Assembly (NCBI GenBank): GCA_023485545.1 | Contig: JAMCZI010000005.1 | Coordinates: 967-64,966 of the forward strand | Direction of reading: 5' to 3' | Source of the DNA: Candidatus Marsarchaeota archaeon | Lineage (GTDB): Archaea; Micrarchaeota; Micrarchaeia; Micrarchaeales; Micrarchaeaceae | DNA: 64,000 bases | Shown here: one piece after another, positions 46,911 through 57,312 of the stretch | How positions within the stretch are numbered: the first letter of the stretch is position 1 | Layout: each line of letters starts with the position of its first letter | Position numbers and translations under genes: made by a program | The notes under the pieces: generated by a model | Seen by the model: only the letters and a program-made list of their open reading frames with translations | The model's database searches: none | What the model was told of the DNA's origin: nothing

Positions 46911-48321
46911 GCAGGACGGTGACAGCAGGAGCAGAGCGGCTCCCGTGTGACACTGCCGAATGGGTCTCCCCTATCTTCGGTATTACTACGTCGTATGCCA
47001 ACACTAGCGACTGGCTAAGCGAAATCTGCTTGCCCTTCTCGCCATGCACTATGAATATTTTCTTCAACCCGTGCACCCTCCTCGGTATCTCCTCCAAGTT
47101 CTTCCTGTCGGAGTGCGCCATTATTTTGTGCTGCTCAACTGTGAGGCGTATCGGTACGAGATGGCCCTCAAAGTCCACCTCCTTGGCTCCGTCGAGTATA
47201 GCCCTTCCAGGGGTGCCGTCAGCCTGGTATCCTACTATTATGAGCTTGTTGTTCGGGTCACTTGCGAGCTTCTGCATGTAGAATACTACCGGCCCTCCCT
47301 TCATCATGCCGCTCGTTGTCACAATCACGCAGCTTCCACCCTTAACTATCCTGTTCCTCTCGTTCCTGCTCACAAACTTGAAGTTCTTGTCGCTCTGCAT
47401 AGCTTCCCTTATGTCCTTCTTGCAGTACCTAAGGTTGCGCCTATGGACCTTCATTATCTTGCCTACTGCGCCGTCGGCATACACCGGGACCTTCTCCATC
47501 CTTCCGGATTCTATCGCGTGGTTGAGGAACATCAGCACCTCCTGCGACCTGCCTATGCCAAAGCTGGGTATTATTACCTTGCCACCTGCAAGCAAGGTCG
47601 CGTTTATGCTATTTATCATCTTTTCAGCGCGCGCCTCCTGATCCCCATAAATGTCGTCCGCCCCGCCGTAGGTGCTCTCCATTATTAGCGTATCCGCCTT
47701 GATGTTGTTGAGGTCTGCCCCGTTAAGTATCAGGCTCTTCTGCAGGTTTATATCTCCAGTATAGAGTATTGACTTGCCGTTGTACGTTATGCGTATTAAC
47801 GAGCTGCCTATTATGTGCCCCGCGTTTATGAATTCAACGCGCACATTCCGGAATGAAAATGGCTTCCTGTACTCCACTACCTTGTAGCTGCTTGCCAGGG
47901 CCTTCATCACCTTTCCGGTGATCTCTTCAGGCTTCGATATCCTTACGTAATCGGCTACCTGGAGCTTCATGAGCTCTGCTGTCGGCTCTGTGAGGTAGAC
48001 GTTGCCCTTGTAGCCCCTCGCGAATGCGTGTGTCACGAAGCAGCAGTGGTCCAGGTGTGCGTGAGTCACGAATATTGCGCTCACTCCTTTCAGCTCCTCA
48101 TCCGATATTTCGGGCATGCGCATCTTTCCGTTCTGGTCGTTTCCAGGCTCGTTGATGTTTCCCAACCCTGCGTCGAGAAGTATCTTTGTCTTCCCTGCCC
48201 TTATCATTATGCAGCTTCTTCCGACCTCCTCTGCGGCTCCGTAGAAAGAGATTTCCATTTCATTCTGTTCATTTCCTTTGCGATTGCGCGAATGGCTATC
48301 GCTTCCGTTCTGTTCTTCCAT
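46852..48321 (-). CDS. Beta-CASP metallo-beta-lactamase ribonuclease (alternative start 48258)
   Basis: GAAEEVGRSC, THAHLDH, AGHIIGS, YTGD, ESTY, AHSD, VHGE; no KH domains. Confidence 0.9.
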   Translation of the reverse strand: MEEQNGSDSHSRNRKGNEQNEMEISFYGAAEEVGRSCIMIRAGKTKILLDAGLGNINEPGNDQNGKMRMPEISDEELKGVSAIFVTHAHLDHCCFVTHAFARGYKGNVYLTEPTAELMKLQVADYVRISKPEEITGKVMKALASSYKVVEYRKPFSFRNVRVEFINAGHIIGSSLIRITYNGKSILYTGDINLQKSLILNGADLNNIKADTLIMESTYGGADDIYGDQEARAEKMINSINATLLAGGKVIIPSFGIGRSQEVLMFLNHAIESGRMEKVPVYADGAVGKIMKVHRRNLRYCKKDIREAMQSDKNFKFVSRNERNRIVKGGSCVIVTTSGMMKGGPVVFYMQKLASDPNNKLIIVGYQADGTPGRAILDGAKEVDFEGHLVPIRLTVEQHKIMAHSDRKNLEEIPRRVHGLKKIFIVHGEKGKQISLSQSLVLAYDVVIPKIGETHSAVSHGSRSAPAVTVLPMLKHSPVSSLLTSPKNIL

Positions 48322-48596
48322 ATATTCACTTTTTTTTCTTAATCTTAAAATCAGGAATAGGCACGCCTGCCATTGACATAGTCCAACGTTTCAAACCTTA
48401 AACCACCAAACAAGCAGATCAATGCAATCTTCCTGCAAATTGCAGACATTCCGTAAAGAATAAGCGCACAATGGTGCAAATTCAATAACTAACCGCAATT
48501 AAACAGTTATACTATGCATGTCCTAATATTTAAACCCCACGGTTTGCAGTGCGCTGTGCACATTCCCATATTGCGCGCGCGATGTTTACGATAGCA

Positions 48597-48694
48597 AGCC
48601 TCAGGAGGGATTTGAACCCCCGGCCTTCTGCTTTGTGGCATCCCTAAGCCGGGATTTACCATGCAGACGCTCTGCCATGCTGAGCTACTGAGGC
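48597..48694 (-). tRNA. tRNA-Thr(GGU) with a 24-nt intron at 37/38 (48633-48656)
   Basis: GCCTCAG acceptor, TCTGC/GCAGA anticodon stem, AT-GGT-A[intron]A, GGTTCAAATCC. Confidence 0.88.
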
Positions 48695-48731
48695 ACATGC
48701 AGATGATATTGCCCTCAAAAAGTTTAATAGC

Positions 48732-50252
48732 TTAACTTATGCTTACCTGCGGCATGGTTCCCCCAGGCGGGCAGTCGCGCAGCGCGAACCACTGGAATGT
48801 CGCCTGCGCTCCGCTTCCGTGGTTGTACGTAGATATGCCCGGGATGTAGCTTCCATTGCCGAACGTTGCGTCTGATGATGTTATCGTGTTGGTGTAGTTC
48901 TGCTGCGCATAATGGTTCCCATCACCGCAGAATCCAAGGCTCACTATTGAAGGGTAGTATGAAGAGGTCCCAGACGCCAAATCAGTATAAGCTCCGGAGA
49001 CGTCCTTCCAAAGCTCCTCTGTTGTGCCGCCAGCATACCCTCCAAGGTAGCCGTCGTTTATGTTAGCCCCGCTTGTCGGAGTGGATGAAAGATTGTTCTG
49101 TGAGAAGAAAACAGCAGCGTCAGACGTAGTGTCAGATGTCACCATCGCGTCCGCAACCTGCGGCACGCTTACCGTGCTGTTGTAATATACGTCCGTCTCA
49201 CCGCTTCCTGGCGTGATTATGAGCTGGTTGTCTAGCGACACACTGCCTCCGTTCAGAAGCTCGCCAAAGCCCTGCGGAAGCGCACTACCTGCAAAATTGG
49301 AGTACTCAGAGAAGACCTTTGCGCCATTGTCATACTCGCCGTACGTCTTGCACGTTGCTGTGAGCGAAGGATTGGGACAGCTCAGCTGCGGCGCCTCCCC
49401 CGCAAAATTGTCCTTGTAATCCGCAACCTTGGGAAGGAAGTACATGCTTATGCCCAGGGTCGCGCCTGCCTGTATGCCGTTCGGCAGCTTAACCCAGAAT
49501 ATTGCATTTGATGTCGATGTGTTCGAGCAGCCTGACTCGCACCAGCTGTAGAGCTCCTCGTTGCCTGAGAAGAATCTCACATTGCCAAGGTTCGCTCTCT
49601 CGTACTGCGCGTATGTCGAGGGGCCGAAAGTTATCATCTGCTGGAATCCCGGCGGCGCTGCTTGCGAAGCGGTGTTTATTACGTTGACTGTGAGGAAGGA
49701 GCGCCCGGAAGACACTGGTTGCTGGCTGATCAGATCATACGGCACAGGCTCGGACTGCAGCCTTACGTTGCCCCTGAAAGTAAAATTGTCGTTTGCTTTG
49801 CAGTAAAAGCTGCCTATGCCAGGCGAGGACGGCGCGCAATAATTGGCATACATGTAGAAAGTGCCCGAGTACAGATTGCCGTTTGTCGGGGTGACGCTGA
49901 CGTTGGCCATGCAGTACGTGTACTCGCCGTCCACCACCAGGCTTGGTATGCAGTACCCGCTGACGCTGTTCTTTCCGCCTATGAATGCGCTGAAACTGCT
50001 TATGTTCACTATACCGGGCTCAACATCCTGCGCGACTATGAACAGTTTCGACCCTATGCCTGTCGTGGTGTTTACTGTGTACTCCGAATCTACGCAGTTG
50101 AAATTGTTGAAGAAAACGCACTGCGAAGGCACTATCGCCTTCGGGAGGCCTATGAAGAAATACAGTATCGCTATCACTATCGCAAGTAGGAGGAATACAA
50201 ATCCGTAAGTGGACATGAATTCCAGCGCGCTTTGCGATCTCATACCTGCCAT
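48732..50252 (-). CDS. Class III signal peptide surface protein with DUF2341-like domain
   Basis: RSQSALEFM plus hydrophobic helix; FQQMITF, NVRFF, LYSWCE, FWVKLP, YGEYDNG. Confidence 0.7.
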   Translation of the reverse strand: MAGMRSQSALEFMSTYGFVFLLLAIVIAILYFFIGLPKAIVPSQCVFFNNFNCVDSEYTVNTTTGIGSKLFIVAQDVEPGIVNISSFSAFIGGKNSVSGYCIPSLVVDGEYTYCMANVSVTPTNGNLYSGTFYMYANYCAPSSPGIGSFYCKANDNFTFRGNVRLQSEPVPYDLISQQPVSSGRSFLTVNVINTASQAAPPGFQQMITFGPSTYAQYERANLGNVRFFSGNEELYSWCESGCSNTSTSNAIFWVKLPNGIQAGATLGISMYFLPKVADYKDNFAGEAPQLSCPNPSLTATCKTYGEYDNGAKVFSEYSNFAGSALPQGFGELLNGGSVSLDNQLIITPGSGETDVYYNSTVSVPQVADAMVTSDTTSDAAVFFSQNNLSSTPTSGANINDGYLGGYAGGTTEELWKDVSGAYTDLASGTSSYYPSIVSLGFCGDGNHYAQQNYTNTITSSDATFGNGSYIPGISTYNHGSGAQATFQWFALRDCPPGGTMPQVSIS

Positions 50253-50304
50253 CGCCTATCATATCCTATAAAGTTAATAAAACCCTTTTGCTAATTATCA
50301 TGCG

Positions 50305-51141
50305 ATGCTACAATTTGATCCGGTATCGGCTGCGCGTTCGTTCAAGCCAAGGCGGGACTACGGGCAGAACTTCCTGATTGAGGACAGATTTGCCGATTAT
50401 GAAGCATCGTGCATCTCTGGAAAAAAGGTCATGGAGTTCGGCCCCGGATTGGGGATGCTGACACGGCACCTCTGCGACAAGGCTGATACTGTCCTTGCCA
50501 TAGAAAAGGACAAGCGGCTCTACGAGGCTTTGATAGCGAGCCTCGACTTTAAAAATCTGGAAATCATCAACTCCGATTTCTTCTCGCTCGGGCCTGAAGT
50601 AACTGACGGCTATGGCGTCTTGATAGGCAATGTTCCATACAACATATCTGGAAAACTGGTCCTCTGGCTCGCCTCCTCGCGCATCGAAGCTTTCATCTGC
50701 GTGCAGAAGGAGTTCATAGACCACGTTCTCGCAAGGAGCGGGACACGCAAGTATTCAAGGATAAGCGTAATCTCCGCCCTCTCCAGCGACATTACAATCC
50801 TGCGCGACAGAATACCACCGTCTTACTTCTTTCCAAAGCCGAAAGTAGAATCCGTATTCGTACGGATAACGCCGAAGAAGACCAAAATCGGCGACCTTGA
50901 AGTACGCATAATCTCATCAATAATGTCATACAAGAAGAAGACGATTGCAAACGCGCTGCGCGACTCTGCAACCGCGCTCGGCATTGGCAAGGGCGACATG
51001 GCTCAAATTATTGGGGAAATAGGCATTCCAGAAAAAAGGCCTTTCATGATGGAGCCAGGCGAGCTGCTTGGGGTAGCTGAAGCAGTCATTGGTGTGATGG
51101 CTGGCGGTACCAAAAAGCCGAAAGAAAAGCATACTTACTAA
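50305..51141 (+). CDS. rsmA: 16S rRNA dimethyladenosine transferase
   Basis: GQNFL, EFGPGLG, IEKD, GNVPYNIS, FFPKPKVES. Confidence 0.92.
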   Translation: MLQFDPVSAARSFKPRRDYGQNFLIEDRFADYEASCISGKKVMEFGPGLGMLTRHLCDKADTVLAIEKDKRLYEALIASLDFKNLEIINSDFFSLGPEVTDGYGVLIGNVPYNISGKLVLWLASSRIEAFICVQKEFIDHVLARSGTRKYSRISVISALSSDITILRDRIPPSYFFPKPKVESVFVRITPKKTKIGDLEVRIISSIMSYKKKTIANALRDSATALGIGKGDMAQIIGEIGIPEKRPFMMEPGELLGVAEAVIGVMAGGTKKPKEKHTY

Positions 51142-51188
51142 TATTATAAATAATTGCCGTGGTAATAAAGACTGTAAGAAGTGTGAAA

Positions 51189-54100
51189 ATGCGACAAACG
51201 GGCATGTATCTTGTCTTAATCATAATCTCCCTGATGCTTGCACACTCATCTGCCGCACAGTCCTTGCAGCAGGGCCAACAGGCCAACGCAACTCTGCCGC
51301 AGGTCGCATACCAAACCACTTCACAACCAACATCCGACTACGCCTATTACACGGTTACGCAGCCACAGTACCCTGGAGGGCCACCAGTCACCAATTCGTA
51401 CTACTATACAAATTTCACACTTGTCGGCGGATTCAATAGCGGCTGCAGGAGCTCGCTCTGGCATGCAGGCCCCGGAACAACAGTGACGTGCACCCGCAAC
51501 GGGGCCACATTCTCATTTACCGAAACACAAAACAACGACACCACTGTCGTATACGGATCCGGGCAGAACTATCCAAAGAACAATATGTTTACCGTATCTG
51601 GCCAGCCTGATGCTGTGTGGGTGAGCTATTCTACCTCATGCGGTTTCTTTAGCACATGCTACCATGTCGGCTATGCAAGCATAAACCAGCCCCCTACTGG
51701 AAGCTATCTTGATATATATGGGGTTTACTACGCAGGATTTACACAGACCAACATGCCGAGCTCCTGTGCAGGAGATATGAATTCAAACAACAGCCCCGTC
51801 ACCTGCAACAGCATCACATACGATAAAATTCACGACGGGTCTGCCCTAATGTACGAGCAATACTCGACTGATGGTTTTCCTGAAGCATACATGAAGGTCA
51901 GTATATATCAGAATGAAAGCAACAAGTCGCAGTATTACGCCGCCTTCCCGTATGAAACCGTATCATCGTGCAGTGGGCCATCATGCCGTTTCGGAGGGAC
52001 TAAAAGCGCCGTCTACGCAGCTGGAATGACCCCTGCCCTATCGCTTTCCGTTTCGCCATCCAGCTTTGTCACTGTCCTCAAAAGACAGGTTACCTTTACT
52101 CTTTCAGCAAAAAAAGGTTACGGCCCATATTCCTACACTTACAGCGTCTCAGGCCCGGGCAAGTACAGCGAGAGTGGGTCCGGAACCTCGGAAAGCTTCA
52201 CCTTCTATTCACAGGGCAGCTACTTGATAACTTTTACGGTCACGGATGCTGGCGGGCAGACAGCTACTGCAACTGCCCAGGTGACTGTTAATAAGCCAAC
52301 CATACCTCCACAGTGCAATCCATATACGCCTACTGCAGGAAACTGCATCTTCCTCAACGGCAGCACCATAACCACTGGGAATTATGGCAATTACGCCGGG
52401 ACAGGCAGCTTCAGCACCTCTCAGAATGGCCCCACGAGCAACACTCCAGTAATAGCAAATGTAATACTCTCAAACCTTGCTAACAACCAGTACCTGCTTA
52501 CATGCCCCAATACTCCAAATCCGTCCAACACTTTAGAGTATATAGTTGGCAACGGCGTTTCTAGGATAGGTGGTGACGCCTGCCTTGCGAACGCAAACTC
52601 CCTGAAAACCAACGTATCCCTTGAGACAAACGTCACGTGGAGCCAGTACCAAGTAGCAAACGGCACCATAAACGTGCATTTCATCAACTTGACACAGGCA
52701 TATCTGGACGACCTTGGCTATGTGGGAGAGGCCAACAATTCTGGCTCCTATGCATACAACATATCGAACGGCTACGGCACCAATACACTGATATACCAGA
52801 ATGTTCCGTCGCAGACGCAGTACGGCATATGGTCATGGTACGCCAAGTATGCCGATCTCTCCAGTGCAAACAATCCCTCGTTCCTCTCAAAAGCCAAATT
52901 CGCCGAGGCGTTTCCTTCTCTGGACGCACCGTTCCAATACCTCACTGTCGATGTAAATGAGACCAATTCAGCAGGAAACTCATACACATGTGCCTACAAC
53001 TACACGTATTCGATAGGGGACAGTTTAGACTCAATACAGAGCGCCAACATAACCATACCCAAGCAGATCAATGCGCAGGGAGATAGTTACGTCAACATAA
53101 ACGGAATCAACCACAAGCCCTACACATACGCCAACGGCGGGAATTCAGTGTATAGCCAGTCATGCACAAATTATGTGTTCTACCAATCCTGCAGCACCTC
53201 CGGCAATTCAGGATATGATAGCCTGTGGGCAGGGCAGAATGACATAGTGATAGGCAGCAACACGTTTACCCTTGCATCTCCAAACAATGTCGCCACTGTA
53301 AAAGTCTACTCCAGCGGCAAGTACACATCTGAGCCTGGCAACTACTATTTTTATGACAACGGCGCTACAAATACCTACTGGGTGCCATATTGTATACTCG
53401 CTTCCAGCGGTCTTGTTGGGCCAACATGCAAGCAACAAAGCAGCGGCCTCGCGCTTGGAGTAGGAACATATACTGCAAACATCTACTTCGGCTCTGCTCC
53501 AAACGGGCAGCAGTGGACCAATTCCTCCATATTCCCATATTTCCTATACAACATATCGGTTCCTGCAACATACAGCAATCTGGCTGCTCACGCGGAATAC
53601 CTTAACTTGTCATATGACACATACAGCCCTTACAATTATCTCAACCCTGCAAACGCGCTTGAGCCCCTGCCAATACAAATGGGCTCCGGCCTGTTCGCCA
53701 CTATAAACGGCATACTGTCTGTACTGCCGCTCAACATAACATCAACTACAGACCCCAATGTGCAGGAACTGTCAAGCGCACCCCAGGCCTACTTCATCTC
53801 TGACCTCACACCAACAACAGCCAACTCGCTCCACCTCGGCTTCCTAAAGAGCCTCTTCGGCAACTACACGTCTGCAGCAGTCTCCAGCCCTTCCTTCATA
53901 GCTGCGTCGCCCAATGACAATATATACGCGCTCAACTACACATCAATACCAAGCGACTGCTTTGGCTTCTGCATATCCACAACAACTGATTCATATCTGT
54001 ACGACATGCGCTTCATACCATACGGCTACTTCAACGTGAGCAACGAGCAGCCTGACAGCGTGGCGCCTGAGCCTAACAGCATTGCATGGAACGAGAGCTG

Positions 54101-57100
54101 GAAGTCTTACTGGAATGCATCGCTCGCGGAGCAGTCTGCCAACCTCTACATAGTCGGGGTGTCAAACGTATCAAGGGTGCAGGGAGGTATATTTGGCATT
54201 TCCGGAGGGTTCTTCGGCTGGGGCAAATCCATAATACCAAAGGCTCTGACGTTCAACGCCATACCTACTGCGATAACTACCGACGACGCTGGCGATGTGT
54301 TTTTCAGCGGCGTGGATCCGAACAACGGCAAGCTCACTCTCGGCTACAGGCTTGCGAACGGCACGAGCAATGAATCTGCAGCGCAGCAGGTTCCACCAGG
54401 ATTCCACGCGTCAGACATGCTTGCGTCAGACCCCGGCGGCCAGTATCTGTACCTTGCCAACAGCAGCTTCGCAAATGTGACTGTCTATGGAAGCGTCAAC
54501 GCCACATACGTGGGTGAGATAGCGCTTAACTATTCAAACCCGCTCAACATGCTCAACATAACGTCATACCTTGCGCACGGCGGGCCTTATGGCAATGCGC
54601 AGATAGCTGCTGCTTACTCCGGTGCACCTACGTCAAATGACATATCGTCGTATCACCATCCGATTGCGCTCGCAGATGTTGGGGGCATACAGTACGTCAT
54701 GGATAACTGGACATTCACTGTGAACGGACTCAAGTCCACGGTGCTCACGCTTCGCGCCTTCACCTCAAATGGCATAGAGGTTAGCATAGACCCCCAGAGC
54801 TATTATGATCTGATACCTTCCAATTCAGGCCTAGTATCTGTATCAACAGGGAGCTTGGGAGGAGCGCTCAGCAACCCGCCCTATGGGTGGCCGCTTGCAG
54901 CAAACATATCGCTGCCCGATGGCACTTACGTAAGCTACTGCGCGTATGGCTGCACATACACTCCAAACAGCCTTGATACTGCGTATCCGCCAATAGCATC
55001 TATGGTAGAGGCTGACGGGGCGAATGTGGGGCAGCGCAACTTCTCAATCGGGATCAACTTCAACGGCACTGTATACATAATCTCGCACTCGTATATCTCT
55101 GGGGTGAAGAGCTGCACGTCATCTGGTGTTCACGGAGGGATTGTCTGCACAACTACTCCGTCAAAGCCACTTTATGCGGAGCTTCTCTCATTCCAGCCGC
55201 AGATAGTGAATTATACGACTGTATCGAACATGGCCAATTCGCATTACACCTGCTACGTGGCTCCAGACGCTTCATCCAGCACGGCAAGCAATACGCCCTG
55301 CACCGTGGAGCAGCAGAACATAAAAACGTCATCATCTTCCGGAAGCTCATCCGAGCCCAATCCCGCATGGTCAATATTGAGCGACATGTACGGCCCCATA
55401 CTCGGCGTGCCAAGCTCATTCAAGTATGTCGAGAACCTCGGCTACCCAACCGATTACGTCTCCGCTGTTACCGCTCTTGCATCCACTTCATCCTCACTCT
55501 CCTCAAGCTCGTCGAGCCCATCCAGCGCCAACATCATAGCAAATACGATAAACGTTGGCAACGGCATACCAAGCAATTCGCTGCCGATAAGCCCGTCGCA
55601 GCTCATACCACGCACCAGCCTGACGAGCAACATAAGCGGATACGTGCTCGTTCCATACAAAGCTTCGTTCTCGCTATCAGAAGACTGGACTCCATCTTCG
55701 CAAGCCCCGAAGTCAAGCAACGGCGATTCATGCCCGTCCTCCTACTCTTTCCCTAGCAGCGTTAACAAGAAATACACGATTTTCACCTACGGCGTGTCAA
55801 AGGTCAACTCAAGTACAAACACAACCGCAATAGAAGGCGGCAGCATATTCCTGCAGTACTTCGGCACAGGCGTGTATTATTCCCCCGAGCTGTCAGACGC
55901 GAACCTGATAATGCCTCCCAGAATCGGCTACGAGATGTTTACAAACAGGCTGATAGGCGAGGCCTACGTAAACCTCACTGCGACAACTTCAGGAGAGCAG
56001 AATCCCCAGATGATCCTGAACCAGAGCCACAACTACAACTACTACGAGTCGCTGCACTACCTTGATGCTTTCGGCAAGTCTGTTCCTGCATACGCAACCG
56101 AGGTTGCGGTTCCAGATAACGTCGTTGGCAACCTTGGAAGCGTATCCGGATACTACAACCCTAACAATTATCTTCCGAAATCCAATAACTTCACCCTCTC
56201 AAACTTCACAAATGACGGAGGAATAGCAAGCATAGTCAATGCATATCACATAGCCTCTACGCTAGATTCTCTTGGGATAGACATGACCGGCCACAAATCC
56301 ATATTGGGGTACGACAGGCTGGTGTACAACCTCATAGACAGGTTCGGGAACAAGATATCGATGCCCCTTGATATTGACATGGCCAACATAACTTCGCTGT
56401 CGCTCTCAGCGGTTGACAACATAGACCCAACAAACCCCAACCAGAGCACCATAGCCGTGAAGGGCTTTGCGGGCTACGTCACAGGAAGCACGCCCGTCTC
56501 GGTAAACCCGCTTCCCGCAGGGCAGAAGATATACGTATACTACGATACCAACATAAACTTCTATCCAAGCCAGACATACCAGAGCCTGCAGTCCTACGCC
56601 CAATATGCTGAGAACTGCGCATACGGCTCTAACGCATACGGCTGCACACTGGCCAATCCGACAAACGCAACACAAAACGGGGGCAACACTGTCGGAGGAG
56701 AAGTGGTGTCATCGCTCGTTACATATTCGCCGCAGTACGTTAATGGCCAATCGTGCTCACCGCAGCCGAGCAGCCTGCTAACGCAGCAGAACTACTGGGA
56801 ATGCAACATATACGGGGATTACGGGCTCAAGTCCTCGCAGATAGGCCCATCCGGGCAGGTGGAATACTGCCTTCCAGACTTCATCAACGGTACCGGGCAG
56901 TTTACCTCCCAGCTCGGCCTCGTAGGAATAGCGACTACAAACTCCTCGGGAGGATTTTCGATGAACGTCCCGGCATGCGGCACAGGCACATCCAGGATAA
57001 TCGCAGAATACTACGGGGTGCCTTCGCCGCAGCCTAACCTTGTGAGCCAGGTGCCACTAGCATACTCTGCAAACACGGTCGACAGCTCCAATGCTGCGCT

Positions 57101-57284
57101 TTACATTTCGACTCCGGAGTACAGTTACACCTACTCCCCTAACCAGACTATACAGTCTCTTCCGATAGGCAGCTACGCCCTGAGCCTCGGAGATATCGAG
57201 GCAGTGCTGCTTGTTGCCATAGCTGCTATACTGATCATGCTTGCCGCAATGCACCCCAGAAAGTGGGCCTTCACACATGGCTAA
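51189..57284 (+). CDS. Giant (~2030 aa) Cys/Ser/Tyr/Asn-rich surface protein with PKD-like domain and C-terminal TM anchor
   Basis: Signal peptide; GPYSYTY...GSYLITFTVTDAGGQTATATAQVTV; C-terminal hydrophobic helix. Confidence 0.8.
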   Translation: MRQTGMYLVLIIISLMLAHSSAAQSLQQGQQANATLPQVAYQTTSQPTSDYAYYTVTQPQYPGGPPVTNSYYYTNFTLVGGFNSGCRSSLWHAGPGTTVTCTRNGATFSFTETQNNDTTVVYGSGQNYPKNNMFTVSGQPDAVWVSYSTSCGFFSTCYHVGYASINQPPTGSYLDIYGVYYAGFTQTNMPSSCAGDMNSNNSPVTCNSITYDKIHDGSALMYEQYSTDGFPEAYMKVSIYQNESNKSQYYAAFPYETVSSCSGPSCRFGGTKSAVYAAGMTPALSLSVSPSSFVTVLKRQVTFTLSAKKGYGPYSYTYSVSGPGKYSESGSGTSESFTFYSQGSYLITFTVTDAGGQTATATAQVTVNKPTIPPQCNPYTPTAGNCIFLNGSTITTGNYGNYAGTGSFSTSQNGPTSNTPVIANVILSNLANNQYLLTCPNTPNPSNTLEYIVGNGVSRIGGDACLANANSLKTNVSLETNVTWSQYQVANGTINVHFINLTQAYLDDLGYVGEANNSGSYAYNISNGYGTNTLIYQNVPSQTQYGIWSWYAKYADLSSANNPSFLSKAKFAEAFPSLDAPFQYLTVDVNETNSAGNSYTCAYNYTYSIGDSLDSIQSANITIPKQINAQGDSYVNINGINHKPYTYANGGNSVYSQSCTNYVFYQSCSTSGNSGYDSLWAGQNDIVIGSNTFTLASPNNVATVKVYSSGKYTSEPGNYYFYDNGATNTYWVPYCILASSGLVGPTCKQQSSGLALGVGTYTANIYFGSAPNGQQWTNSSIFPYFLYNISVPATYSNLAAHAEYLNLSYDTYSPYNYLNPANALEPLPIQMGSGLFATINGILSVLPLNITSTTDPNVQELSSAPQAYFISDLTPTTANSLHLGFLKSLFGNYTSAAVSSPSFIAASPNDNIYALNYTSIPSDCFGFCISTTTDSYLYDMRFIPYGYFNVSNEQPDSVAPEPNSIAWNESWKSYWNASLAEQSANLYIVGVSNVSRVQGGIFGISGGFFGWGKSIIPKALTFNAIPTAITTDDAGDVFFSGVDPNNGKLTLGYRLANGTSNESAAQQVPPGFHASDMLASDPGGQYLYLANSSFANVTVYGSVNATYVGEIALNYSNPLNMLNITSYLAHGGPYGNAQIAAAYSGAPTSNDISSYHHPIALADVGGIQYVMDNWTFTVNGLKSTVLTLRAFTSNGIEVSIDPQSYYDLIPSNSGLVSVSTGSLGGALSNPPYGWPLAANISLPDGTYVSYCAYGCTYTPNSLDTAYPPIASMVEADGANVGQRNFSIGINFNGTVYIISHSYISGVKSCTSSGVHGGIVCTTTPSKPLYAELLSFQPQIVNYTTVSNMANSHYTCYVAPDASSSTASNTPCTVEQQNIKTSSSSGSSSEPNPAWSILSDMYGPILGVPSSFKYVENLGYPTDYVSAVTALASTSSSLSSSSSSPSSANIIANTINVGNGIPSNSLPISPSQLIPRTSLTSNISGYVLVPYKASFSLSEDWTPSSQAPKSSNGDSCPSSYSFPSSVNKKYTIFTYGVSKVNSSTNTTAIEGGSIFLQYFGTGVYYSPELSDANLIMPPRIGYEMFTNRLIGEAYVNLTATTSGEQNPQMILNQSHNYNYYESLHYLDAFGKSVPAYATEVAVPDNVVGNLGSVSGYYNPNNYLPKSNNFTLSNFTNDGGIASIVNAYHIASTLDSLGIDMTGHKSILGYDRLVYNLIDRFGNKISMPLDIDMANITSLSLSAVDNIDPTNPNQSTIAVKGFAGYVTGSTPVSVNPLPAGQKIYVYYDTNINFYPSQTYQSLQSYAQYAENCAYGSNAYGCTLANPTNATQNGGNTVGGEVVSSLVTYSPQYVNGQSCSPQPSSLLTQQNYWECNIYGDYGLKSSQIGPSGQVEYCLPDFINGTGQFTSQLGLVGIATTNSSGGFSMNVPACGTGTSRIIAEYYGVPSPQPNLVSQVPLAYSANTVDSSNAALYISTPEYSYTYSPNQTIQSLPIGSYALSLGDIEAVLLVAIAAILIMLAAMHPRKWAFTHG

Positions 57285-57312
57285 CGCTATAGCACATTAT
57301 TTATATTAATAA

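Noticed and set aside
55480..55530. Ser-rich low-complexity tract in the giant protein
   Set aside because: Mixed codons; ordinary linker rather than a DNA repeat
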